18,320 bases of DNA, taken from Alphaproteobacteria bacterium (GTDB taxonomy: Bacteria > Pseudomonadota > Alphaproteobacteria > UBA7887). Positions 1 to 8,995 of this stretch are shown piece after piece (position 1 is the stretch's first letter; each line of letters opens with the position of its first letter). Under the pieces are notes generated by a model. That model searched no databases and was not told the origin of the DNA. It saw nothing but the letters and a program-made list of their open reading frames with translations. A program made the translations under genes and the position numbers. The stretch lies in the NCBI GenBank assembly GCA_965216755.1, contig CBDCGL010000010.1:1-18320 (forward strand). Reading direction: 5' to 3'.

Positions 1-164
1 TCGCCGGACCGTAGCATTTTGACCACCTTCTCAAAAACCGGCCGCCGGGCCGATACCGCTGACAGCGTTTCGACATGAAGCTCATCGCATATGGCCTTAA
101 GGCCATCGATCTGGCGATCCGGCCTCTGTTCTTGGGTCGAGACCCTGAGGTAGCCAATCATCAT
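1..164 (-). CDS. Serine recombinase (resolvase/invertase family), 5' part only, truncated by the window edge
   Basis: Not in the ORF track. Manual translation of the minus strand from ATG at 164 gives MMIGYLRVSTQEQRPDRQIDGLKAICDELHVETLSAVSARRPVFEKVVKMLRSG, with the GYxRVST..Q...Q catalytic-serine motif and the later RP motif. Confidence 0.92.
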   Translation of the reverse strand, partial: MMIGYLRVSTQEQRPDRQIDGLKAICDELHVETLSAVSARRPVFEKVVKMLRSG

Positions 165-252
165 GCCCTGTTCGGCGCTTTGCGCAAATCTCAGCGCCCT
201 CCCCTTCCCTCGCTCCCAGTCACAAGCGATTTCGTGACGCTCTGAAGCGCCA

Positions 253-400
253 CATAATCGACCCTTTTCGTGGCAGTGGTTTCGATGTCGGCATTTTGCG
301 TTGCACAGAAACAGCGGCTCCAAATGCACCAACATCTTAAGCATTATTGTATCACAACAAATGATTGATATGGAAATTTCAACAAAAAGGGTCGATTATG
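253..400. repeat. Perfect 16-bp inverted repeat flanking a 116-bp spacer
   Basis: CATAATCGACCCTTTT (253-268) is the exact reverse complement of AAAAGGGTCGATTATG (385-400). The right arm contains the RBS-like AAGGG and the ATG at 398. Confidence 0.9.
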
Positions 401-754
401 AGCAAGGAATACAAATATCGTCGCATTAAAGACTTTGCGTATCCTATCGTTGTGCTGTCGTATCTGTGCAGCGCGTCAGCGGTGTTTGCCGAAACGCCTT
501 TCACGGCCAAGGTTTTCCTTGAGAAAATGAATTCTGATGAGCAATTCAACTACCTGATGGGCGCCATCGATGCGTTGGCCTATGCGCGGTATATGAAGGA
601 TGGCAAGCGCGAAGACGGTATGACCTGCATTGTCAATTGGTTCTTTGAGGGCACGCAAGGGCGCGTCCAAATCAATCAGGCCTTCGAAGAGTTTGGTGAC
701 TATCCGCCGGGCAACATTCTGTGGCACTTGGCTAAGAAACAGTGCGGAGAGTGA
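398..754 (+). CDS. Small exported hypothetical protein, loosely reminiscent of Rap1a-type immunity proteins
   Basis: ORF 365-754; ATG 398 preferred because AAGGG precedes it. Basic N-terminus, hydrophobic stretch and AVFA cleavage-like site, then YLMGAIDAL, an internal Cys and a C-terminal Cys. The family resemblance is inference only. Confidence 0.7.
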   Translation: MSKEYKYRRIKDFAYPIVVLSYLCSASAVFAETPFTAKVFLEKMNSDEQFNYLMGAIDALAYARYMKDGKREDGMTCIVNWFFEGTQGRVQINQAFEEFGDYPPGNILWHLAKKQCGE

Positions 755-1455
755 TGACAGGCCGGGTCTCAAGATTTGAGCTGCGTCGACGTTTCAATCG
801 AAAGGCTGATGAACAGCGGCGCCGGCAGGCGCGTGATCAGCAACGCCGAAAGAGGGAACAACGGGAGGACAAGGCGGACGCCATGTGCGACGCCTTGGTG
901 CAATTGGCCAGCTCATCTCAGCGGGCGTTCTGGGAAGAACGCATCGAACGGTTGGAAACCGCCACGGTCGCTGCTTTGCTTGACAATGACGCGCGTCTGC
1001 GCCGTGCACAACAAACACTGCGTGATCTGGAAAATCGCGCCTTCGTCCTGCCGGATGGCCGCCGTGTTTACAGAACTCAGGTGGGAGACCGTGTTTATGA
1101 TGAACAGGGCAACGCGATTCCCGCATCAGAACTCGACCCACGGGCGATTTCGCCTGAACGTCCAGACTGGAATGCACATCGGATCATTAAGGCTGAACAC
1201 AACGCCGCGCTGGCAGAACGTCAGGAACTCCTGGATTACCAGGCGAAGCTGGATCAGGCTCGCAACACGCTCGACGATAGGAATTTAACCGCGGATGCCC
1301 TCGAAGACCTTGGCGCCGACCTTGAAAGCAGCATGCCGGCGGCCGTGCGTCAGCAAATGGCTGAAATGGACGGGGCCGAGCCAAGACCGTTGCAACGCCA
1401 TCAGCCCCCTGCCCCGATCACGGTACAAATGGTGCCTCCGAACCCAAATCGCTGA
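754..1455 (+). CDS. Coiled-coil hypothetical protein with a central LPDGRRVY beta-rich insert
   Basis: ORF 742-1455; TGATG stop/start overlap at 752-756 implies translational coupling. Long charged helical segments and a Pro-rich C-terminal tail. Confidence 0.78.
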   Translation: MTGRVSRFELRRRFNRKADEQRRRQARDQQRRKREQREDKADAMCDALVQLASSSQRAFWEERIERLETATVAALLDNDARLRRAQQTLRDLENRAFVLPDGRRVYRTQVGDRVYDEQGNAIPASELDPRAISPERPDWNAHRIIKAEHNAALAERQELLDYQAKLDQARNTLDDRNLTADALEDLGADLESSMPAAVRQQMAEMDGAEPRPLQRHQPPAPITVQMVPPNPNR

Positions 1456-1498
1456 CATTTGGACATCACCTTTGGCCCAGAGGCTTGGTGACTGGGAG

Positions 1499-1555
1499 CT
1501 AATTGCTGCAATAGCCTTTCGAATAGCGAAGCGACTCGCGCGCGTGACCGGACTC
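1499..1555 (-). pseudogene. 3' fragment of a thermonuclease (SNase)-like gene split by the IS21 element
   Basis: Removing the IS and one target copy joins 4041 to 1548 in frame, giving ...MIES-GHARESLRYSKGYCSN* with the stop at 1499-1501. Confidence 0.72.
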
Positions 1556-1698
1556 TGTCAACCGGCATTGAATTGGGCCCCCCAATCGGCGTGCAAAGAG
1601 GACCCCCGTGTTGGCGTGTTTGAGGACGCCCGGAGGCGATGCGCGAAGCCATCAGGTTTGCGCAGTGCATTGCCGGAGGGCGCTTCGAGGAGGTTTTT

Positions 1699-2427
1699 TC
1701 AGGCGCGGTTTTTGAAGCGCCAGCTCTCATTGCCTGTTTCGACGATGTCGCAGTGATGTGTCAGCCGGTCAAGCAGTGCCGTCGTCATCTTTGCATCTCC
1801 GAACACGCTCGGCCATTCGCCGAAGGTCAGGTTGGTGGATACGATGATCGTCGTGCGCTCGTAGAGACGGCTGATGAGATGGAAGAGCAACTGACCGCCG
1901 GTCTGTGCAAAGGGCAGATAGCCGAGTTCATCGAGGATCAGAAAGTCCAGTCGGCACAGAAGGTCGGCCATGCGCCCTTGCCGGTCGGCGCGCGCTTCGG
2001 CGTCGAGCTTGTTGACGAGGTCGACGACATTGAAGAACCGTCCCCGCGCCCCGTCCCGAATGCAGGCGCGGGCGATGCCCACAGCGAGATGGGTTTTTCC
2101 TGTGCCGGTACCGCCGATCAGGATCAAGTTGCGCTGGTGCTGCAGGAATGCGCCGCCAGCCAGATCGCGCACCAAAGTCTCGTTGACCGGCGTCTCGTTG
2201 AAGTCGAATTCTTCGATCTCCTTGGCCAGCGGTAGCTTGGCGATGGTCATCTGATACTTGATCGAACGTGCTTGCTTTTCGCTGATCTCGGCATGAAGGA
2301 GGTCACCGATGATCTTCTGCGGTTCATGCTGGCGCTTTACAGCGCTGACGAGAATCTCGTCATAGGCGGCCTTCATGCCGTAGAGCTTGAGCTGTCCCAT
2401 CGCGTCGAGAACTTGCAGTCTTTCCAT
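1699..2427 (-). CDS. istB: IS21 helper AAA+ ATPase IstB
   Basis: Walker A GGTGTGKT, Walker [20 protein letters not shown] and SWR tail. Start placed at [10 protein letters not shown] (2427). Confidence 0.97.
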   Translation of the reverse strand: MERLQVLDAMGQLKLYGMKAAYDEILVSAVKRQHEPQKIIGDLLHAEISEKQARSIKYQMTIAKLPLAKEIEEFDFNETPVNETLVRDLAGGAFLQHQRNLILIGGTGTGKTHLAVGIARACIRDGARGRFFNVVDLVNKLDAEARADRQGRMADLLCRLDFLILDELGYLPFAQTGGQLLFHLISRLYERTTIIVSTNLTFGEWPSVFGDAKMTTALLDRLTHHCDIVETGNESWRFKNRA

Positions 2428-3925
2428 GGTTGGATCTCCTGAGGCTGTCGTAACGGGCACAATCGGCGGCAGGTTCACACTGAAGTCGCAGCGCTTCTGG
2501 CGTTGCGATGCTCACCGGTGGGCCGGGTTCTCTCTGCCGCGCCAGGATGTTGAGAATGACGTCGGCAGAAGACACGCCCTCGCGAAGCGCTTCGGCGCAA
2601 GCGGCCTCCACCGCCGGCAGACCGTCGGTCAGCACCGCGCCAAGGATGTCCACCATTTGCCGGTCACCGTTTGCAATGTTCCGCAGCTTCCGCCGCACCT
2701 GCTTCATGGCGGTTGGAAGCGACCAGTCCTTGAACGGTGCTCCATTGCGCAACGCACCGGGTTTGCGAGCAAGAACCGGGATGTAATGCCAAGGATCGTA
2801 GACCGTTTTGTCACGGCAGAAGACACGGGCATGGCGGCCGACAATCTGACCGCCTTGCCAGAACTCCACCTGTTCGGCATAGGCGCGTATCTCCACCGGC
2901 CGGCCAACGGCTGTGGCATTGACCGAGTAGCGGTTGCAATCAAACCGGACCAGGCAGGTCTTGGACACTGATGCCGGCACGGCGTGGAAGCCGTCGAAGG
3001 GACCGGTATAGGGGACAAGACTTGCGCGTTCGGCCTCGAACATTTCCCAGACAGTCTTGTCGCGCCTGTCCGGGTGTGGATGCGCCTTTGCCCAGGCGAT
3101 GCAGCGATCGAGCAGCCATGCGTTGAGGTCCCGGTAGGTCTTGAACCGCAGCCGTGGCGTGAAGAACCGACGACGTATGACACCGACTTGGTTCTCAACC
3201 TGTCCCTTCTCCCAACCCGAGGCCGGCGTGCAGGCCACCGGCTCGACAAGGTAATGCCCGCACATTTGCAGGAACCGGCGATTGTAGGCGCGTTCCCGGC
3301 CGACGAAGATTGCGTCGACCGCCGTCTTCATGTTGTCGTAAATGCCGCGCGCACACGCGCCCTTGAAGAAAGCGAAAGCTCGATCGTGGGCATCGAACAC
3401 CATCTCTTGCGTCTCGCGGGGGTAGGCGCGGACGAACGGCATCCGGCTATGGCAGAGCCGAACATGTGCCGCCTTCACCGTCGTGGTGACCCCGTTGATC
3501 AGGACAATCTCGTGGCTCCAGTCGAACTGATATGCTTCGCCCGGATCGAAGCTCAGCGGCACGAAGGCCGATGCAGACGCTGCGCATGTCTGCCGGATCC
3601 AGGATGCGGCATAGCGCCGAACCGCGTCGTATCCGCCTTCATAGCCAAGACCGCGGAGCTCTTCGAAAATACGAACCAGTGTTAAGCGCTCGCGCTTAGG
3701 ACGGCGCGCATTCTCCGTGAGCATGTGATCGAGCTCGTTCCGCCAGGGGCCGATCTTCGGCCTGGGCTGAACCGACCGCTCGTAAATGAATTCCGTCTTC
3801 CCGGAGCGGATCACTTTGCGGACAACCTTCCGCGAGACCTTCAGCTCCCGGCAAATCTGCTTGATCGGCTTCTGTTGTTGAAAATACGCCCGCCGGATCT
3901 TCGCGATCGTCTCCACTACCAGCAT
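2360..3925 (-). CDS. istA: IS21-family DDE transposase IstA
   Basis: N-terminal [18 protein letters not shown] and WEKGQVE motifs. Start placed at [12 protein letters not shown] (3925). Confidence 0.97.
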   Translation of the reverse strand: MLVVETIAKIRRAYFQQQKPIKQICRELKVSRKVVRKVIRSGKTEFIYERSVQPRPKIGPWRNELDHMLTENARRPKRERLTLVRIFEELRGLGYEGGYDAVRRYAASWIRQTCAASASAFVPLSFDPGEAYQFDWSHEIVLINGVTTTVKAAHVRLCHSRMPFVRAYPRETQEMVFDAHDRAFAFFKGACARGIYDNMKTAVDAIFVGRERAYNRRFLQMCGHYLVEPVACTPASGWEKGQVENQVGVIRRRFFTPRLRFKTYRDLNAWLLDRCIAWAKAHPHPDRRDKTVWEMFEAERASLVPYTGPFDGFHAVPASVSKTCLVRFDCNRYSVNATAVGRPVEIRAYAEQVEFWQGGQIVGRHARVFCRDKTVYDPWHYIPVLARKPGALRNGAPFKDWSLPTAMKQVRRKLRNIANGDRQMVDILGAVLTDGLPAVEAACAEALREGVSSADVILNILARQREPGPPVSIATPEALRLQCEPAADCARYDSLRRSNHGKTASSRRDGTAQALRHEGRL

Positions 3926-4040
3926 CCCAAACTCGGCCCCCGATTCGAATCGGGAGCACAATGGACCCTCGTATCAGGGAGGGGCCTTTTTGGACGCCGA
4001 TCACCCCAATACTGGGGTCCTTATTCCACGCCGATCTACA

Positions 4041-4242
4041 CGGACTCGATCATGAGGCGCCCGATATCACGACCGTCAGATAGCTCACATCGCGCGACAA
4101 TGCGTCTGTAATGGTCTGTATCTCGTTGGCGGCAGGAATGCCTCTTTCCCAAAACAAGCGCCTTGAGCGCCAACGTCGCCAAAATGGCCCACCCTACTGT
4201 TGACCAATTAAACATGGCGCATCCGAAGTATGCTGGTCCCAT
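4041..4242 (-). pseudogene. 5' fragment of the thermonuclease (SNase)-like remnant
   Basis: ATLALKALVLGKRHSCRQRDTDHYRRIVARCELSDGRDIGRLMIES matches the SNase pattern C..D.D.YGR.VA.C...DG.DI...M...G.A. The N-terminal DGDT and GIDAPE motifs were not found. Confidence 0.7.
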
Positions 4243-4887
4243 GAAGACCTAAGCTGCAATGAAGGGCGTGAAGTTGGTATTTCCTAATCCTGCTCGATAT
4301 CGCGTGATTCGCATCTGATCGGGTTTGCCACGGTCCGGCCCTCACCGGTTTAATGCACTACGGTGAGTCTTGTGGGCAAATGGTGCAGTTTGGAGCCAGC
4401 AGAGGCAGCAATTGACCTGGTTGTGGCCTAATTGGGCGTGGTCTATCGATGAGCACCCCTTGCGAGTCCGTAAAAGATCAGTGCGCGGTGCATCAGCAGC
4501 ACCGTTGGCGATGAATTGTAAGCCCCCTCCGCTGACAAGCAGATCGTCAAGAGTATCGGCCTGGAGTTTTGTTTTTAGGGAACCCCTATGCGAATCACGG
4601 CCACGCGTAGCGTGGTCATGGTTGTCTCTCGCATTCTGTTTTCAGTGTAACCCCAAAGCCGACCAAAGCGTTTCCGATAAGCGAACCTGTCCAAATTGAG
4701 CGCGAAGCGCTCCCTGCGGAAGCAGGTTGATTTGGAAAAGGTGAGCGTTCGGATAGCGTCGGGATGGCTGAAGGGGGCGCTGACCAACAATGAGGGATAA
4801 GAGTGGTTGTGGTTTTTTTTTTTTGAGAATGAGTTGGGAGATGTGTTTGCTGAGGTATGGCGTTGCGATAAGGCGCGTGGGTCGAAG

Positions 4888-4896
4888 TTATCCACA
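4888..4896 (+). promoter_or_regulatory. DnaA box in the replication origin
   Basis: Perfect TTATCCACA, followed by an AT-rich stretch and iterons. A one-mismatch copy ATATCCACA lies at 5059-5067. Confidence 0.85.
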
Positions 4897-4998
4897 GGTG
4901 TGCGTGTGTTAAGTTGTGTTAATAATAGTGTTAAGGGAATCCAGGGGGCCGGTAACACGTTGAAGTAAAAGTTGGAATCGTCACGAATTTACGAAATC

Positions 4999-5151
4999 GG
5001 TGGGTGATATCACGAATCTCGGTGGGTGATATCCGGATTTGAGTGGGTGATATCACGAATATCCACAGGATGGTGGGTGATACCACGAATAATGTTTGAC
5101 AATGGTGTGTGAAAGCACGAAAGTGACTGCATGGTGGGTGATATCACGAAA
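4999..5151 (+). repeat. Iteron array (oriV), six 19-bp direct repeats
   Basis: Consensus GGTGGGTGATATCACGAAT with copies starting at 4999, 5021, 5042, 5072, 5104 and 5133, immediately upstream of and overlapping repA. TTGACA at 5096-5101 lies between copies 4 and 5. Confidence 0.92.
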
Positions 5152-6207
5152 ACAGATCAGAGTTCACAATTTGCGCCAGATCGTCGCGTGCAACATGATC
5201 TCTTCATTTGCGACGTTGCAGACGCGGTTTTAAAAGATCTCATAGCGGAAATGGAGCATCCATTTTATTCACTATCAAAAAAACCCGAAACAACTGTGAG
5301 ACGTTACGAGCACAATGGTAATTGGATTGAAATAGTTCCAAGTGTAAAAGGATTAGCGACCATATACGATAAGGACATACTGATTTATTGCATATCGCAA
5401 ATTATGCACAAGATGAAAAATGGTGAGCCGTATGGTCAAAGAATAAAGATTAACGCTTACGATTTGCTGACATTCACCAATAAAGGCACGGGAGGGCGCG
5501 AGTATGCGGCGTTATGCGAGGGATTGGATAGGTTAGATGGTACCAGGATCCGGACGAATATTAAAACAGGCGATGAAGAGCAATTTGATACGTTTGGATT
5601 GATTGATGCCGCGACGGTGCGGCGGAAATACGGGTTGGATGGCCGTTTGATGCACTGTGAAGTAAAGCTTTCAGACTGGGTGTTTAGTGCTATCAAGGCG
5701 CAAGAGGTTTTGACGCTTCACAGGGACTATTTTCGGCTGAAGAGGCCAATAGAACGGCGTATTTACGAACTAGCCCGCAAGCATTGCGGAAAGCAACCCG
5801 AATGGCGCTGCTCCGTAGGTATCCTTCACAAAAAGTCGGGTTCAAAGGCGACGCTTAAAGAGTTTCGCCGCGCCATCCGGCGGCTCGTTGCTGATAATGA
5901 AATAGTTGCGAATGACGAGTTGGAGTTTCCTGACTATGCGGTGGAGCTGGATACAGGCGCCGATATGGTTGTCTTCAGCAACAAGGCGCTGGCGGCCAAC
6001 AAAGGTTTGTGCGCCATAGATTTGATCAGGCTTGACCCCGAAACTTACCATGATGCGAGAGAAATCGCGCAAGGTTGGGATGTTCACTACCTGGAACAAG
6101 AATGGCGCGACTGGATGGCCATGGGAAGCATGGACACCCCGGATAAACCGGACAGAGCGTTTCTAGGATTTTGCAGGAAATGGGTTGAGAGGCGGGGGCG
6201 TCCGTAA
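5131..6207 (+). CDS. repA: Plasmid replication initiator protein A (RPA family)
   Basis: DLFICDVADAVLKD, MEHPFYSLSKKP, GLATIYDKDILIY and ERRIYELARKHCG motifs typical of alphaproteobacterial RepA initiators, with adjacent iterons. Exact start codon uncertain. Confidence 0.93.
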   Translation: MVGDITKTDQSSQFAPDRRVQHDLFICDVADAVLKDLIAEMEHPFYSLSKKPETTVRRYEHNGNWIEIVPSVKGLATIYDKDILIYCISQIMHKMKNGEPYGQRIKINAYDLLTFTNKGTGGREYAALCEGLDRLDGTRIRTNIKTGDEEQFDTFGLIDAATVRRKYGLDGRLMHCEVKLSDWVFSAIKAQEVLTLHRDYFRLKRPIERRIYELARKHCGKQPEWRCSVGILHKKSGSKATLKEFRRAIRRLVADNEIVANDELEFPDYAVELDTGADMVVFSNKALAANKGLCAIDLIRLDPETYHDAREIAQGWDVHYLEQEWRDWMAMGSMDTPDKPDRAFLGFCRKWVERRGRP

Positions 6208-6256
6208 TGCAGGAACATCTTGGACGATCCGGCAAGGGTAGAAGCATTGAATAGAA

Positions 6257-6523
6257 TTACCCTTGTCCCCTGCCCTCTTCATACGCATCGAGCGCTCGGC
6301 TTAACAGACCGATAAGCCGCAGACCGTCGCGTTTGGCTATAGAACGGAATCTTGCGATTTCAGATGATGGGCCTTTGATATTTATTTGGCCTTCGGCTGG
6401 CTCACGACTTGGAAATCCGGAGGCGTGATCAATCGCGCGGCGCTGCGTGGATTCCGAACGCGCCTGCGCTCTCGGCTTGTCTATCCCCTCAAAATTTAAA
6501 GAAGCTCGCACTTGGGTCGACAT
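6257..6523 (-). CDS. Small ribbon-helix-helix protein, probable centromere-binding partner of ParA (ParG-like)
   Basis: 88 aa, coupled to parA by a TAATG overlap. Flexible N-terminus and C-terminal QINIKG...RFRSIAKRDG..LLSRALDAYE strand-helix-helix pattern. Confidence 0.78.
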   Translation of the reverse strand: MSTQVRASLNFEGIDKPRAQARSESTQRRAIDHASGFPSREPAEGQINIKGPSSEIARFRSIAKRDGLRLIGLLSRALDAYEEGRGQG

Positions 6524-7215
6524 TATGCGACAGCCTTTACATCAGATGAAGTTAGCGCTTTGAGCTTGGCCACGGTCTCAGCGGCAAACTCGTATACATT
6601 GGTGATAGCCTTGTCGGTGTTGTTGACTGCAGTTGGGTTGAGGCCACGTACACTGCCGCCGGTCGTGTAGATTGCTGAGAACGCATCACGTTCATTAATT
6701 TCGGTTGCATAGACATCGATGTGCGGATTTTCTCGAAACTGCCGTGAAATATGTCGCGCGGTCCGGGACTTTGCGACAACCCTGGTCCGCGTGAACAAGA
6801 CACTGTAGGGAATCTCTCGCCTAACTGCTCTGGCGTCCCTATGGACCTCGGCAATTACATCGAGCGCCGCGAGCGCGTCCTGCTGCTGTTCTTGCATCGG
6901 GATTATCACAAGGTCGGACTGACCAACCGCATAGCTGACCCGCCGATCGGCGACCCCTTCTAAATCAATAATGACGAATGGATCGGTGCTCGCCGCGTCG
7001 TCGATCTGATCAAGAATCGTTTTTTCGGAATCGTTGGTTAGAACCGTGAGCCTTCCTGGTTTTCCAGGCAAGGCTGACCAAGTCGTAATGGGATGACGCG
7101 GATCGGCATCAATAATGCTTACGTCTGCTTCTTCCGCCAGTTCACATGCAAGGAGCAAAGCGCTTGTGGTTTTCCCGGAGCCTCCTTTTGAATTTGCAAA
7201 TGCGATGATGGGCAT
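6523..7215 (-). CDS. parA: ParA-family Walker ATPase (short, type Ib-like)
   Basis: Deviant Walker A KGGSGKTT, IIDADP and VIIDLEG. Start placed at MPIIAFAN (7215); no N-terminal HTH. Confidence 0.95.
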   Translation of the reverse strand: MPIIAFANSKGGSGKTTSALLLACELAEEADVSIIDADPRHPITTWSALPGKPGRLTVLTNDSEKTILDQIDDAASTDPFVIIDLEGVADRRVSYAVGQSDLVIIPMQEQQQDALAALDVIAEVHRDARAVRREIPYSVLFTRTRVVAKSRTARHISRQFRENPHIDVYATEINERDAFSAIYTTGGSVRGLNPTAVNNTDKAITNVYEFAAETVAKLKALTSSDVKAVA

Positions 7216-7241
7216 GACAGCGCTAGATCCCGAGTTCATGG

Positions 7242-7387
7242 TATTTGAAAGTACGATACTTCAAGATACCGTACTTGACAGTACCCTACCTCAAAGTACT
7301 TTAGTCTACAATACCTCAAAGTATCCTACCTAAAGATATCTCAGGGTATCGTAGCTCCAGGTACCTTTAGATATCTAGCCGAAGTTA
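7242..7387. repeat. Centromere-like (parS/operator) array upstream of parA
   Basis: About 11 degenerate 12-mers resembling TACCTCAAAGTA, starting at 7242, 7257, 7272, 7287, 7297, 7312, 7327, 7337, 7352, 7362 and 7376. Exact copies at 7287 and 7312. Confidence 0.8.
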
Positions 7388-7406
7388 TGGAACCATAGGG
7401 CGGCCT

Positions 7407-8969
7407 TTATGAAAGCCCCGGCCCATCTGAGCCACCGCGCGACCGGCCGCGTCCGCGCGATCGCCCAACGCCTGTACTCTTGGCTTTGGCCTGCTTCTCA
7501 AGCTCGGCAACCCGCTTCGCCAGACGATCATGTCGGTTGCCGGTCTTGGCCTTGCGTTGCGACTTGTGCTTGGCTTCAAACACCTCGATCTGCCGCTCAA
7601 GGGCAGTCCGGTCGCGCTCACGTTCGGCCTCACGCAGCTGTAACAGCCGTTCTTCGGCCCGTTTTTGGTCTTCGTGGTGACCTTGGAGCATGCCGAGCTC
7701 ACGGTCACGCTGCCGCTCGTGCTCTTGCCGCAAGGGGACATAGCGCGCCCGTACAGCCTCCTGAAGCGCGTTTCTGGTTTTTTGGTAGTTAGACACCAGT
7801 TTTTCACGTTCGGCTCTCTGTGAGGCTCTGAGAGCGTTCCAGGCCGCTTCCCGGCGCCGGCGCGTCCGATGGGTAAAATCGACCCAAAGCAAAAGCCGTT
7901 GCGATAATCGACTCTGTTTGTCGCGTAACTCTGTCCGCTCCAATTCATGCTGCGCGCGCAGGGCGGCGAGGGCAGGGGCGTGCTTCTCTTTGGCGAAGGT
8001 CCGTGCCAACCGCGCTTCCTTGGCGCCGTCCTCCCGCAGCCGGGCCGCGTCCTTGGCAAAACCGCGTTTGAGCTGCCGCTCTTCCTGGGTGCGCACCCGC
8101 ACGGAGGCCTTGACCTCGCCCTCAATGGCGCGGTCTTTGACCTGTTGTGCGCGCTCATGCTGCGCCCACAGCCGGGTCTTGGCCTCCGGCGAACGCGCGG
8201 CCTTTTCCAGGTTGAAGGCGACGATGTTGTCGTGATGATCCCTGCGGGTTTGGCCGCCGTCGATTTGTGCATAATCGATCAGCCGGCCGGTGCCGGTCAT
8301 GACCAGCTTTGAACGCGGTTGATGCACGTTCGAATCAATGTGGATCGCCCGCGGGCCGATATGGATGGTGGGCTCGCGGTCGACGCCTTGATCGCGCAAG
8401 GACCGCCGATCAATACGGGCCTCATGGCCGCCCCGTTTGAGAGCGCGGTTACAGACCGTCTCCCAGCGCGCCCGGATCCAGTCAGCGGCCTTGAAGGAGA
8501 CCTCGCCGTCGCCGGTCTTCACCGACGGCAGACCCTTCTTTTCTCGGTCGCGGGCGGAATCGGACAGACACAGCACCCGTTTGCCGGTCCGTCTGTGCCG
8601 ATCCCGGATGACAATGTGGACATGCGGATTGAGCGCATCTTTGCCCGCTGTATGAAGCGCGGCATACCAGGACACATCTTCCGCACCCAGATCGCCCATC
8701 AGTTCGCGGACCAGAGCAATATTCTCGGCGTCCGAGAGCTCACGGGGCAGGGCGATCCGCAGCTTGTCGCACACCCGGGCGTTCTTGCGGTCCGCGCGCT
8801 CCTGGCCATCCATCCAGGTGCGCGCCGCTTGCGCATCCTCGGGCATATTGTGCGCCAAAATCGCTTCGGCCGCGTCCTCGCGGGCGATATAGCGAATATG
8901 CGCTCCCGCCGTGCCCGCCGCATGGGTCGTCCGGCCAATACTTCTGAGGTTGGCAGAGTAAATCGCCAC
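7407..8969 (-). CDS. mobA: MobA/MobL-family (MOBQ) relaxase with a long coiled-coil C-terminus
   Basis: AIY...AGAHIRYIAR (catalytic Tyr), ALPRELS, H...NPHVHIV, IDRRSL and PTIHIGP motifs; basic C-terminal tail. Likely GTG start at 8969 (ORF track start 8987). Confidence 0.93.
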   Translation of the reverse strand: MAIYSANLRSIGRTTHAAGTAGAHIRYIAREDAAEAILAHNMPEDAQAARTWMDGQERADRKNARVCDKLRIALPRELSDAENIALVRELMGDLGAEDVSWYAALHTAGKDALNPHVHIVIRDRHRRTGKRVLCLSDSARDREKKGLPSVKTGDGEVSFKAADWIRARWETVCNRALKRGGHEARIDRRSLRDQGVDREPTIHIGPRAIHIDSNVHQPRSKLVMTGTGRLIDYAQIDGGQTRRDHHDNIVAFNLEKAARSPEAKTRLWAQHERAQQVKDRAIEGEVKASVRVRTQEERQLKRGFAKDAARLREDGAKEARLARTFAKEKHAPALAALRAQHELERTELRDKQSRLSQRLLLWVDFTHRTRRRREAAWNALRASQRAEREKLVSNYQKTRNALQEAVRARYVPLRQEHERQRDRELGMLQGHHEDQKRAEERLLQLREAERERDRTALERQIEVFEAKHKSQRKAKTGNRHDRLAKRVAELEKQAKAKSTGVGRSRGRGRSRGGSDGPGLS

Positions 8970-8995
8970 CGCAGTCACACCCCACACATTTGCTT

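Larger units (their letters stand above)
1556..4040 (-). mobile_element. Complete IS21-family insertion sequence (2485 bp) with 7-bp target-site duplication
   Basis: TGT...ACA termini. Imperfect terminal inverted repeats TGTCAACCGGCATTGAATTGGGCCCC versus TGTAGATCGGCGTGGAATAAGGACCCC (reverse complement), each followed by a second internal copy (ATCGGCGT.CAAA.AGG.CCC). CGGACTC duplicated at 1549-1555 and 4041-4047. Encodes istA and istB. Confidence 0.97.

Noticed and set aside
1639-4111. Plus-strand and alternate-frame ORFs inside the IS (e.g. 1639-2235, 2387-2971, 2984-3685)
   Set aside because: Shadow ORFs of istA and istB in GC-rich DNA with no recognisable motifs.
4813-4824. T12 homopolymer as a phase-variation tract
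   Set aside because: Not inside a credible gene or promoter; the length may be a sequencing artefact or part of the origin flank.
4370-4958. ORFs 4370-4699 and 4575-4958
   Set aside because: No motifs or clear RBS; the second crosses the origin's DnaA box and a T12 run.
4999-5151. Repeat array as a mini-CRISPR
   Set aside because: Repeats are 19 bp with gaps of only 2-13 bp, there are no cas genes, and the position at repA with a DnaA box fits iterons.
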